Shown: piece by piece, positions 21,101-28,659 of the stretch
Layout of the letters: the number at the start of each line of letters is the position of its first letter
Numbering within the stretch: position 1 is the first letter of the stretch
Origin: Patescibacteria group bacterium
GTDB taxonomy: Bacteria; Patescibacteriota; Microgenomatia; UBA1400; PJMF01
Reading direction: 5' to 3'
Assembly: GCA_049322655.1 (NCBI GenBank)
Contig: JBMORP010000006.1
Coordinates: 320,410-384,409 of the forward strand
Length of the DNA: 64,000 nucleotides
Made by a program: the position numbers and the translations under genes
Notes under the pieces: model-generated
Told to the model about the DNA's origin: nothing
Seen by the model: the letters and a program-made list of their open reading frames with translations, nothing else
Database searches by the model: none

Positions 21101-21448
21101 AATACCAACTCCACCAACTAAAAACATTAAAAAGATAAACACTAATCTTAAGTTAGCCACTGGTACAAATAAACTTAACAAAAAAATCAATGGTAAACGA
21201 AAAATCTCTGCTAGTTGCCCTTGAGCAGATGGAGCACCCAAACTTTGGTGTTCACTCCAAGCTCCAAAAAAAACTTGCCTAGCATACTCAATTAGGTCAA
21301 ATTCAGGATGAACATTATCCCAGCCAGAATAAAACCAACCCCATTTGATATTAACTAAGGCCGTAGTGACAGCAGTAGCAATTACTACTAATAATGGCAG
21401 CGAATTCCACAAATTCTTTATGGTAAAAATTTTCAAAAAATTTTTCAA
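18110..21448 (-). CDS. Large polytopic membrane protein, GT-C-like glycosyltransferase with extracellular C-terminal region
   Basis: GWDN.HPEF, many TMs, FRNPFTK motif, long soluble region, NNWAN.W before the final TM. Confidence 0.6.
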   Translation of the reverse strand: MKNFLKIFTIKNLWNSLPLLVVIATAVTTALVNIKWGWFYSGWDNVHPEFDLIEYARQVFFGAWSEHQSLGAPSAQGQLAEIFRLPLIFLLSLFVPVANLRLVFIFLMFLVGGVGIYFYLKCVWLNDKNKFWQSWLASLGAVFYLLHILTLQQFYISFEMFMVQFAFLPFLLLSIHFLLEKITAKSILYFLLLQFLIAPSAHTQTVFYLAVIFSLLYAFFLTLQKHKIVKAIQYGFLVGLITFFANSYWILPNLYYSFHNAHYVQESRDNQLFAPESVWSIREAGTIENLTSGKHYLFTWQDYNFSTKKHELIFNEWQDHLNQPIVIYLMKTLGVITLFGFVVTIFAQDKSWRRWAVLLFYIFCLVFVWIDLLPTNRILDQLYQSPTFREAFRNPFTKLSILYSFVSVILFITVVEKTVLFLVNLQKLKFFARFLAVLIFFTIYISPFVVAWPSFQGHFISEKLQIKYPDQYWVMFDYLKTRDKDLRILQLPQFTHAGWELYDWQFLAEENGYQGMGFYFFGFPQAFLNRDSDRWVETSDFFYYELKHVLDAADTEQFSLMTRKYNVDLVIIDETRVDPSRDHDLEQTKELLTKAGFKQVWQQDFLTIYERQAPNKEAEVLVPAKLSFVTGDTERVRTDFIYQQIGDYVLTDQADLVYPFADLMSHRLTDVIFEENNAKVWKYFKQDNYQLTIPALTDDQYLLPATISYQDRKVTVDFPHYVLLTEKQQIDLAKLENFEFSLSDETIPNEMVVFFNDFGVIVQKGETVFPIIEFEVGEEIKVEYAPKPEELDYNQTEAVSGLLFDTTELFTFTPNWSELTKEVVLDTHEIRALGLISIFPTLNVDLTKNPSINCVTGEIGEIETVITDNKVIYQAKDRAVNCNGYTFKDVSAAYSYVMRVAGRNYQGRGTKFFINYSNRNILPEDYLEQKNVFDLFITLGQVTTDARDIFSINWETRSFGKESMNALEKIQLQPLPLKRLAQITLKNSDFSQLTNNLTTKQDKKYLDSIFKIDYRCEQAPCFVGIDQTYDDLWLGIDWQNKKLVQHLRLNNWANLWQVPVGDNSLLVVYLPEIIALASLTIVVLTFISLVLVAGLSGKRAKLVEQKEEELAE

Positions 21449-21481
21449 GTTATCTCATTTTAAACCAGAGTTAACTTGATT

Positions 21482-21496
21482 TTATAGGGACAATTT
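21482..21496. repeat. Copy 1 of direct repeat TTATAGG-N3-AATTT
   Basis: TTATAGGGACAATTT; other copies at 22893-22907 and 23428-23442; partial copy at 42136-42150. Confidence 0.5.
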
Positions 21497-21553
21497 TAAA
21501 AAAAGCTTCCAAAATTACAATTCAAAAGAAACAAATGTTTATTTCCTTTGGAT

Positions 21554-21582
21554 TGTCGGTGGGGCTTGTGACCCCACCGACA
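21554..21582 (-). terminator. Strong hairpin after lipoprotein gene (probable terminator or 3' stabiliser)
   Basis: TGTCGGTGGGG / CCCCACCGACA 11-bp perfect stem 20 nt past the stop; no immediate U-tract. Confidence 0.65.
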
Positions 21583-21601
21583 GGTAAAACAGGGTGAGAA
21601 G

Positions 21602-22459
21602 TTACGGAGCGTTGACGTTCGTGTGCAAAAGCACCCAGCCGAACTCGGTCGTATGCCGGTAAATGCCATAACTGCCATCGTTAATGTCCAAGAGGACAAC
21701 AATGGAAATCGGACACCCTTGGATGCCGCAGTTATCATAGCGATGACCAGCGTCGATGTCTTCCTCCAAGTGAATCTGGGAGAAAAAGCCGCCGTGACCA
21801 ACGGGAATCGGATAGCGCATAACTTTCACGCGCCCGGGATGCTCGGTGATGAACGACACCGGTGTGTTTCCATCACCTGGCATATCATAATTCCCGCGCA
21901 TCAACAGGGTGTAGTTGGTGTTTTCAGTCGCCTCAAAATCGAGGCGGAAAGATTCACCTTGGGCGTTCTGCAACGTGATTGTTGCCTGAGGAAACGTAAC
22001 CTTCATGTAACCCTCTTCAGGGAGCAAGTAGGTTGCGGTGTGATTTTCCATCAGGTTGTCAACCTGCGCGCCGCCATGCCAAACGGCAGATGGATTGGCA
22101 GCCGCTTCTTCTTCATTGTCTGCACCGATAACGCCTGGGTCGGCTAACATCCAGTTGGCGCTGTTCAAGGTGCTGGTGTTTTCAGGCTGAATAATACCAG
22201 CCCAACGAACAGGAGTGGTATCTCCGGGCACACCCCAGATACTCACACCCACCCGACTGATGTCGGGCCTGCCATCATCCGCGCTGACAGGATGGTCTTC
22301 AGCCTCAGGAGGTTGAGCCTCCACCTCTTCAGCAGGAGCAACCGCATAAGGCGGGTTGTCCCAGTAAAAGGTAAAGCCATTCTCATCGGCATGAAAACCA
22401 CAAGCTGAGAGCAGGAAGGTGGCAACAATAAGGAGTGAAAGAACACTTGCGTGTTTCAT
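21602..22459 (-). CDS. GC-rich hypothetical lipoprotein
   Basis: Lipobox LLSA-C; SD AAGGAGG upstream; markedly higher GC than flanks. Confidence 0.8.
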   Translation of the reverse strand: MKHASVLSLLIVATFLLSACGFHADENGFTFYWDNPPYAVAPAEEVEAQPPEAEDHPVSADDGRPDISRVGVSIWGVPGDTTPVRWAGIIQPENTSTLNSANWMLADPGVIGADNEEEAAANPSAVWHGGAQVDNLMENHTATYLLPEEGYMKVTFPQATITLQNAQGESFRLDFEATENTNYTLLMRGNYDMPGDGNTPVSFITEHPGRVKVMRYPIPVGHGGFFSQIHLEEDIDAGHRYDNCGIQGCPISIVVLLDINDGSYGIYRHTTEFGWVLLHTNVNAP

Positions 22460-22855
22460 GGGTTTGGTCCTCCTTTTCTTTTATAAGAGCTTAGAGCGGA
22501 CCAGGTGCTCAGAGCTCAGGTAGGTGTACTCCCCAATCACGGGGAGCCAGAAGGGTTGAGGTATTGTTTCACCAGATTTCTCTGGTTAACTCACTCAAAG
22601 AAAAACCTATCTTCATAAAGTTTCTCTTTGAGTGAGTCACAAACCACAACATCTTCTTTTCCATAAAAAAGAAAAGTTTTATTAATTTCTCACCTGTTAA
22701 AGAGCAACTACTTGAAGTAGTTACCATGCTGAAAAAAGTTTTGTTCGCTTGAGCCAAGCGAGGTGCTTGGTTAGCAATTAAAGCTCCTCAGCTCAAAATC
22801 CTGGTAAGACTTTGAGCTAGGGACCTTCTTTAAAGTTTTTTAATAGTTCATACAA
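22460..22855 (-). ncRNA. Candidate ~400-nt structured 5' leader or ncRNA
   Basis: Lies between the promoter at 22862-22890 and the ATG; at least six hairpins, including a 13-bp perfect stem (22589-22601/22625-22637). Confidence 0.5.
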
Positions 22856-22861
22856 GGTCAA

Positions 22862-22890
22862 ATTGTAGCAGTAAATGTCTTGTTTGTCAA
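22862..22890 (-). promoter_or_regulatory. Sigma70-type promoter
   Basis: TTGACA-17 nt-TACAAT on the minus strand. Confidence 0.75.
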
Positions 22891-22892
22891 TA

Positions 22893-22907
22893 TTATAGGA
22901 CTAATTT
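22893..22907. repeat. Copy 2 of direct repeat TTATAGG-N3-AATTT
   Basis: TTATAGGACTAATTT, 2 nt from the -35 box. Confidence 0.5.
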
Positions 22908-22944
22908 ATATAATTTTTATCATAAACTTGATTTGTTAAAGGTA

Positions 22945-22981
22945 AATGCTCCACTCGTCTTTCTAAGAAAAGTGGAGCATT
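22945..22981 (-). terminator. Probable intrinsic terminator of the small lipoprotein gene
   Basis: AATGCTCCACT / AGTGGAGCATT 11-bp stem 22 nt past the stop. Confidence 0.7.
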
Positions 22982-23003
22982 ATTTGATGATGAAAGAAGC
23001 CTC

Positions 23004-23297
23004 TCACCGTGAAGGTGTGGCTGATGGAACAACCTGCTTGGTTGGAGCAGGGGTAGGTGCGTGAGCGGCATCGTAAGCCGCCTGAGCAACCTGCAAAGCA
23101 GCTTCAGCTGCCTCCACCTGCTTGTGAGCATTATAAAGCTCACAAGCAGGACCAGTCATTCCAGCATCCATGCACTCCACAGCGAGCGCTCCCATCATCT
23201 GTTGATATTCAGAGTCGCTCTTTCCTCCGCACCCAGTAATTAACAGGGCGGAAACGAGCAACAGTGAAACCAACGTGAGGATAGACCGCTTGGTCAT
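23004..23297 (-). CDS. GC-rich small hypothetical lipoprotein
   Basis: Lipobox LITG-C; SD GGAGG; Cys pair, Ala-rich helix, PTPAPT tail. Confidence 0.78.
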   Translation of the reverse strand: MTKRSILTLVSLLLVSALLITGCGGKSDSEYQQMMGALAVECMDAGMTGPACELYNAHKQVEAAEAALQVAQAAYDAAHAPTPAPTKQVVPSATPSR

Positions 23298-23313
23298 TTT
23301 TCCTCCAAAGATG

Positions 23314-23391
23314 GCATCAGCAGTTTTGAATTTGACTGTTAGAAGTTTTTCCAGGCAAACCTAGAAACTTCTTTCAGCCAGCTACTGACAC
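23314..23391 (-). promoter_or_regulatory. Long irregular hairpin occupying the 5' UTR
   Basis: Nested stems on the minus strand: GTGTCAGTAG/CTGCTGATGC, TGGCTG/CAGTCA, AGAAGTTT/AAACTTCT, CTAGG/CCTGG. Confidence 0.6.
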
Positions 23392-23395
23392 TCGT

Positions 23396-23424
23396 AGTAT
23401 AACAAAATACCTCAAAATAGTCAA
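23396..23424 (-). promoter_or_regulatory. Sigma70-type promoter
   Basis: TTGACT-17 nt-TATACT on the minus strand. Confidence 0.75.
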
Positions 23425-23427
23425 TTA

Positions 23428-23442
23428 TTATAGGATAAATTT
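23428..23442. repeat. Copy 3 of direct repeat TTATAGG-N3-AATTT
   Basis: TTATAGGATAAATTT, 3 nt from the -35 box. Confidence 0.5.
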
Positions 23443-23446
23443 TTAG

Positions 23447-24850
23447 CTACTTACGTCTCACCTCATAGCTATACAAATGACTTAAGAAAATAGCTGGAGG
23501 ATCTTCCAACAAAAACTGTTGAAACTCCTGGTACAAAGCTTTGCGTTCTTCTTGATCAATGGTTTTTCTAGCTTTCTCCAGTAAACTATCAATTCTCGTG
23601 TTTTTATATCTAGTAAAGTTAGTCGGTTGATCTGAGTGCCACAAAAAGTATTGATCAGGGTCTAGTGGTGACTCTTGACCTATTAATAGTAATTGAAAAT
23701 CATTGGTATCTGGAAAGCTACTAACTTTAAGATTAACTTTAATCTCCAAAAAAGCACAAAGTTCTTTATCTTCTACCTCTTTGGCAACTTGACATTCACC
23801 AATCGCTTTTTTACCAAGTTCAGACCATTGCTCAATAATATTCTCGGCTTCTTGTTCAAAAGTTTGAGTGGTAATTAAGTTCAGCTCCATTGGTTGCCTA
23901 GGCAAATCATCAAGCAATCTTTCCACAGCCCGATCCAAATTTTTTTCATAAGTTTTTCCACCTTCTAGGTAAGCCCATGAAGTAGGATCAATTGGTCCTC
24001 TAGCCTGAGTTCCATCGTCAACTGTTCCCAAAGCATAAGATAAAGCCTGACGAACATTTTTAGTCATTAATGGATCAGCATTGTTAAAGAAAACAGCCAG
24101 GTAACGATTGGTTTGGAGTCGTTCAGTTATTTCCACGTTTGGCCAATCTTTTAAATCTTCTGGGTCAGCTAAATCAGGAATAATATCTATTTCTCCTCTT
24201 TTAAAAGCATTAATTAAATCAGTTTCAGTGAGATAAAAACGATAAACTAGTTTTTTTTCTGGAGTTTCAATCACCAACTCTTCTAAACGATTCCCTTTTT
24301 TTTGGTAATCAGTAATTCTAGTATTACCAATACCAATCAACGTCGGACGACTAAAAAACCATAAATAACTCTCAATTCCCTGACGGAAGACAGGTTCAGC
24401 TAACACACTCGGAAATGGTGAAAAAGAGTCTGGCAACTTGAACACCAGGTCATTGGGGGTAGCAACTGTCTCAACATCAACAAACTGGTAGTTAATATCT
24501 TCAGGTAGAACTTCTTTACCATCTTGCCAAAAAATATCTTTTTTCAAAACAAAACGATATTGTTTACCATCATCTTCAACCACCCAACGCTGAGCTAAAT
24601 AAGGTTTAACTTCTTTATTTTCTGTTATCTGAGTCAAACCAGCACTTAACTGATTCTTAATTTCATTAGGCAAAGTATTAATAGTAAAACTGCCGATCAT
24701 CCCAATATATTCCTTGGGTTTAAAAGTAATTCGATCAACCAAAAAAGGAATGAAGAGAGAAAATACAACAATTGCTCCAACCAGTGAAGCTACTAAAATC
24801 CAACCATGTTTTTTGGCATAAGCAGTTAGATACCAATAAAAACGTCTCAT
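23447..24850 (-). CDS. ABC transporter substrate-binding protein, family 5 (peptide/nickel type)
   Basis: LAQRW...DGKQYRF.LK....WQDG; VRQALSYA; DPDQYFLWHS; ID.LLEKAR. Confidence 0.85.
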   Translation of the reverse strand: MRRFYWYLTAYAKKHGWILVASLVGAIVVFSLFIPFLVDRITFKPKEYIGMIGSFTINTLPNEIKNQLSAGLTQITENKEVKPYLAQRWVVEDDGKQYRFVLKKDIFWQDGKEVLPEDINYQFVDVETVATPNDLVFKLPDSFSPFPSVLAEPVFRQGIESYLWFFSRPTLIGIGNTRITDYQKKGNRLEELVIETPEKKLVYRFYLTETDLINAFKRGEIDIIPDLADPEDLKDWPNVEITERLQTNRYLAVFFNNADPLMTKNVRQALSYALGTVDDGTQARGPIDPTSWAYLEGGKTYEKNLDRAVERLLDDLPRQPMELNLITTQTFEQEAENIIEQWSELGKKAIGECQVAKEVEDKELCAFLEIKVNLKVSSFPDTNDFQLLLIGQESPLDPDQYFLWHSDQPTNFTRYKNTRIDSLLEKARKTIDQEERKALYQEFQQFLLEDPPAIFLSHLYSYEVRRK

Positions 24851-24930
24851 TAGGCCTTCTTCAAAATAATAAATACTTTACCAGCCTTATTCTAGGCAGA
24901 AATCAGAACTTTGCCAAGCCTATGGTGGTA

Positions 24931-25143
24931 CTACATTAGAGACACGATGGAAACAGCAGCAAATAAAATAATTGCCACAATCGTCATGGTAAAGATTACC
25001 TTTTCGACTCCTCTTCTAGTATGAAAAGTTTCACCACCGCCACCCCAAGTAGAACCCAATCCACTGCCTTGAGCTTGAAGTAAGATAAACACCACAATTA
25101 AAATAGCCAAAAAAATCTGAATTACCAAATAGATGTTTTGCAT
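24931..25143 (-). CDS. secG: Preprotein translocase subunit SecG
   Basis: ILLQAQGSGLGSTWGG...TRRGVEK; two TMs. Confidence 0.92.
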   Translation of the reverse strand: MQNIYLVIQIFLAILIVVFILLQAQGSGLGSTWGGGGETFHTRRGVEKVIFTMTIVAIILFAAVSIVSLM

Positions 25144-25151
25144 ATATTCCT

Positions 25152-26723
25152 TTATTTAGTTTTTGCTTCAGCTCGATTTTCTCTGATCACTGTGACTCTA
25201 ACACTACCAGGAACCATCACTTTTTCTTGTACCTCATCACGAATCTTAGTAGCCAAAACTTCAACGTCATTATCTTTGGATTTTTCTGGTTCTAATAACA
25301 CTCTCAATTCACGACCAGCTTGAACAGCATAAGCGTTTTTAACCTCTGGATAAGAAGTAGCAATCTCTTCTAGATCTTCTAGACGCTTAATGTATTCTTC
25401 GTGGTTTTCATAACGAGCTCCTGGTCTGGCTCCAGAGATAGCATCAGCTACATAAACAGCCATTTGTTCTGGTCCGGAAAAAGGCTCGTCCTCATGGTGT
25501 TGAGCAATACAATCAACCACTTTTTGGGGCATACCAAATTTTTTGGCGATTCTGACACCAAGAGCAATATGGTTATCATCTGGATCTTCAGCCACTTTAC
25601 CAATATCGTGTAATAAACAACCTAGTTTGACCGTGTTGACATCAAGACCTAATTCATGAGCGATCTTGGTTCCAATCTTGGTTTCTTCGATAGTGTGAGT
25701 AATCATGCTTTGACCATAAGAAAATCTGTATTTAAAACGACCCAACATCGCAATTAAACCAGAGGGTAGGTTGTAAACACCCACAGCATGACAGAGTTGT
25801 TTACCAGCCTCAAAAATAGTTTTTTCGATCTCTTTTTCGACTTTATCGATCACTTCTTCAATCTTGGCTGGTTGGATACGACCGTCCTTCACCAATCTTT
25901 CCAAAGAAATACGAGCAATTTCTCTTCTAACTGGATCAAAACTAGAAAGCTTGACTTCGTTTGGCGCTGCATCTAGATCTACATCAACTCCAGTGCGACG
26001 TTCAAAAGAGTGAATATTGCGACCATTTTTACCAATAATCTTCCCTTTGATTTCTTCAGATGGAATATTCACCACTGAAACAGTGTATTCTGCCACATTA
26101 TCAGTAGCTCCATACTTCATTGCATCAATTAAGATTTGAGCAGCTTTTTCATCGGCTTCCTGCTTGGCAACTTCTTCTCGTTCCTTGATATATCTGGCCA
26201 TTTCATCGGCCATTTTCTTTTCTAAACCATCCATCAATAGCTGTTTAGCTTCTTCTTTGGATAACTTGGCAATCTTTTCTAAACGATTAAGTAATCTCTC
26301 CTTAGTTTTTTCGATTTCTTCACGAGCCTGAGCCAGTTTTTCTTTTTCTCGCTCTAAGTTTTCTTCTTTTCTTTCCAAACCAGATAAACGATCATCTAAA
26401 CGATCTAACTTTGTTTCCAAAAAACGTTGTTGTTCTTCTAATTGTTTCTCTAGAGTTCTAGCTTTCTTTTCAGCCTCAGTTCTAATAGCCAAAGCCTCAT
26501 CTTTGGCTTCAACAATAATCTCTCTGGCTTTTGCCTGAGCCTCTCTCTCTATCGCCTTATAATCAATTTCAGGTAAAACTTTATTATCCCTATGTTGCTT
26601 TTTTGGCTTTAAAACAGGTTTTTGTTTAATTTTTGGTGCCTGTTCTTTATTAACAACTACTGGTGTTTTTTCACCGGCTGGTTGTTCACCAAACAGTTTT
26701 GATAAATTATTAAAAAATGACAT
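25152..26723 (-). CDS. rny: Ribonuclease Y
   Basis: Coiled coil; KH domain (KGKIIGKNGRNI); HD domain (LLHDIGK, ADAISGARPGAR). Confidence 0.96.
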   Translation of the reverse strand: MSFFNNLSKLFGEQPAGEKTPVVVNKEQAPKIKQKPVLKPKKQHRDNKVLPEIDYKAIEREAQAKAREIIVEAKDEALAIRTEAEKKARTLEKQLEEQQRFLETKLDRLDDRLSGLERKEENLEREKEKLAQAREEIEKTKERLLNRLEKIAKLSKEEAKQLLMDGLEKKMADEMARYIKEREEVAKQEADEKAAQILIDAMKYGATDNVAEYTVSVVNIPSEEIKGKIIGKNGRNIHSFERRTGVDVDLDAAPNEVKLSSFDPVRREIARISLERLVKDGRIQPAKIEEVIDKVEKEIEKTIFEAGKQLCHAVGVYNLPSGLIAMLGRFKYRFSYGQSMITHTIEETKIGTKIAHELGLDVNTVKLGCLLHDIGKVAEDPDDNHIALGVRIAKKFGMPQKVVDCIAQHHEDEPFSGPEQMAVYVADAISGARPGARYENHEEYIKRLEDLEEIATSYPEVKNAYAVQAGRELRVLLEPEKSKDNDVEVLATKIRDEVQEKVMVPGSVRVTVIRENRAEAKTK

Positions 26724-26988
26724 ACTTTTACTTTCTTTTTAACTAATCACTCTTCAGCTGATTAACATCAGCCAAGTAACTGCATTAAGCACTCTTTAAG
26801 GTATGGAAAAACTAGTGATGAATCACTAAACAGAAAGCGCCTCTAGCGCCTGACTCGTTATAGACTGATAATGGCTATTAACATTGGTCATAAATTAATA
26901 ATTAGATTTGTAAGTCCGTTATTATTTCTGTTTGCGTTTTTTTCCAAATTATCTCTCTCGAGACATAGCGCAAATTACTTGTGTGGAG

Positions 26989-27017
26989 ATTATATGTCTT
27001 ATCTGCTCTTTAGTCAA
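26989..27017 (-). promoter_or_regulatory. Sigma70-type promoter for rny-secG, implying a ~260-nt leader
   Basis: TTGACT-17 nt-TATAAT on the minus strand. Confidence 0.75.
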
Positions 27018-27095
27018 TCAAAATTCTAGTTTTTAAAAAATAAAAATTACTATATATCAATCTTTTTTAAAAATAACTCGACTAAAAGAAAATAA

Positions 27096-27127
27096 ATTCA
27101 GCCCTTTTTAAGTTAAAAGGGCTGAAT
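27096..27127 (-). terminator. Intrinsic terminator after recA
   Basis: ATTCAGCCCTTTT / AAAAGGGCTGAAT stem followed by a T-rich tract on the minus strand. Confidence 0.8.
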
Positions 27128-27135
27128 AATCAACC

Positions 27136-28191
27136 CTATTTCTTAGAGTCAGCCTCCTTAATCGTCTCCCAAATTTTCTTTTCAATCTCTTTTCTCAAAG
27201 CTAAATCTTCTTTAAGTTTGTCTTTGGTCGCTTCTCTACCTTGGGCCAATACTTCACCGTTATACTTGTAAAAACTACCAGCCTTTTCCAAAACTCCTTT
27301 TTCTACACCTAAATCAACCACATCTCCTTCTCTAGAAATACCCCGTTCATCCATATCAAATTCTGCAACTTTAAATGGTGGCGCCACTTTATTTTTCTTT
27401 ACTTTGACTCGGTGTCTACTCCCAACAATCTCCTCACCCTCTTGAATATTACCAATTTTACGAATATCCAAACGCTGAGAAGCATAGAACTTCAAAGCAT
27501 TACCACCAGTAGTGGTTTCAGGACTACCAAACATGACGCCAATTTTCATTCTGATTTGATTGGTAAAAATCATCAGCGTGTTAGTTTTGCTAAGAGCAGC
27601 TGTAAGTTTACGCATTGCCTGAGACATCAATCTGGCTTGAGTACCCATCTGATGGTCGCCCATTTCACCCTCAATTTCTGATTTGGGCACTAAAGCTGCT
27701 ACTGAGTCAATAATCACCAAATCAACACCCCCTGATCTAACCAGGGTTTCAGCAATCTCCAAAGCCTGCTCACCATAATCTGGTTGAGAAATTAACAATT
27801 CCTCCAAGTTTACCCCAATTTTTTCTGCTCTTACCGGATCCAAAGCATGTTCTACATCTACAAAAGCTGCCACTCCACCGTGACGTTGAACCTCAGCAAT
27901 GGCATGCAAACAAAGAGTAGTTTTACCAGAAGCTTCAGGGCCATAAATCTCAACAATTCTACCTTTGGGGAAACCACCAACTCCAAGAGCCATATTAAGA
28001 GATAAAGAACCAGTGGAAATCACTGGAATCTTGGGCATGTTTTTTAAAGATTCACCCATTTTCATGATTGAACCTTTCCCAAACTGTTGTTCAATTTGTT
28101 TCATGGCAATCCCAACTGCTTGTTGCTTGCCATCTCTGGAAACCATCTCCAAGTTACTTTCAGCATCGATTGATTTTTTCTTTTTCGACAT
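27136..28191 (-). CDS. recA: Recombinase A
   Basis: [48 protein letters not shown]. Confidence 0.98.
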   Translation of the reverse strand: MSKKKKSIDAESNLEMVSRDGKQQAVGIAMKQIEQQFGKGSIMKMGESLKNMPKIPVISTGSLSLNMALGVGGFPKGRIVEIYGPEASGKTTLCLHAIAEVQRHGGVAAFVDVEHALDPVRAEKIGVNLEELLISQPDYGEQALEIAETLVRSGGVDLVIIDSVAALVPKSEIEGEMGDHQMGTQARLMSQAMRKLTAALSKTNTLMIFTNQIRMKIGVMFGSPETTTGGNALKFYASQRLDIRKIGNIQEGEEIVGSRHRVKVKKNKVAPPFKVAEFDMDERGISREGDVVDLGVEKGVLEKAGSFYKYNGEVLAQGREATKDKLKEDLALRKEIEKKIWETIKEADSKK

Positions 28192-28346
28192 AAAATTCTA
28201 ATCCTTTCTTTTTTCGCTATACCCACACATTACCCCAAACTAATAACCACTACAAGCTACAAAATTATTAGTTTGATTGCTTAAGATTATAAAAACTAAA
28301 ACTGACACTTTTTAGTTAAACTTTGGTACAATCAGCTGACAAAACC

Positions 28347-28420
28347 CGGAGAGTGGCGCAGATGGCTAGCGCGCGCGCATGGGGTGCGCGAGGTCGCAGG
28401 TTCGAGTCCTGTCTCTCCGA
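28347..28420 (+). tRNA. tRNA-Pro(GGG)
   Basis: CGGAGAG/CTCTCCG acceptor; CGCGC-ATGGGGT-GCGCG anticodon arm; GGTTCGAGTCC. Confidence 0.95.
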
Positions 28421-28428
28421 CAAAGCAG

Positions 28429-28453
28429 AAAACTGGCTAAATGCCAGTTTTTT
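28429..28453 (+). terminator. Terminator hairpin after tRNA-Pro
   Basis: AAAACTGGC-TAAAT-GCCAGTTTT followed by Ts. Confidence 0.75.
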
Positions 28454-28610
28454 GGTTTGTTGGAGAAACTAAAGAAAAAAAGCTTAGGTTCGCTCTATCA
28501 AGAACATAGTGCAAACGCAGTGCACTATGCTGGATAGCGTGAAGAAGCGCAAGTGGAACCAGATACATAACTGAAAGTTATGCTGGTGAAACGAGCAAGC
28601 TCACTCGTCT

Positions 28611-28625
28611 CTGTCTCTCCGGCAA
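28611..28625 (+). repeat. Direct repeat of tRNA-Pro 3' end (att-like)
   Basis: CTGTCTCTCCGGCAA vs CTGTCTCTCCGACAA at 28409-28423 (14/15). Confidence 0.7.
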
Positions 28626-28659
28626 CATTATTTGTGTTTAATGTTATAATATAGGCCAT

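Noticed and set aside
22569-22757. 62-aa ORF inside the structured leader
   Set aside because: Non-ATG start within a hairpin, no SD and no protein-like features; a leader peptide cannot be fully excluded.
22893-22930. Xer/dif site interpretation of the TTATAGG motif region
   Set aside because: No 11-6-11 inverted-arm arrangement; the nearby ATAA/TTAT pair has only a 3-nt spacer.
21496-23243. Several overlapping alternative-frame ORFs (21496-21801, 21623-22147, 22243-22446, 22901-23143, 23057-23239, 23061-23243)
   Set aside because: Expected by-products of the locally high GC; the lipoprotein frames have SD sites and signal peptides.
27958-27960. Full reassignment of AGA to Ser suggested by tRNA-Ser(ACT)
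   Set aside because: AGA occupies a conserved Arg position in RecA (GRIVE), and core proteins translate normally with code 11. Low-level ambiguity is not excluded.
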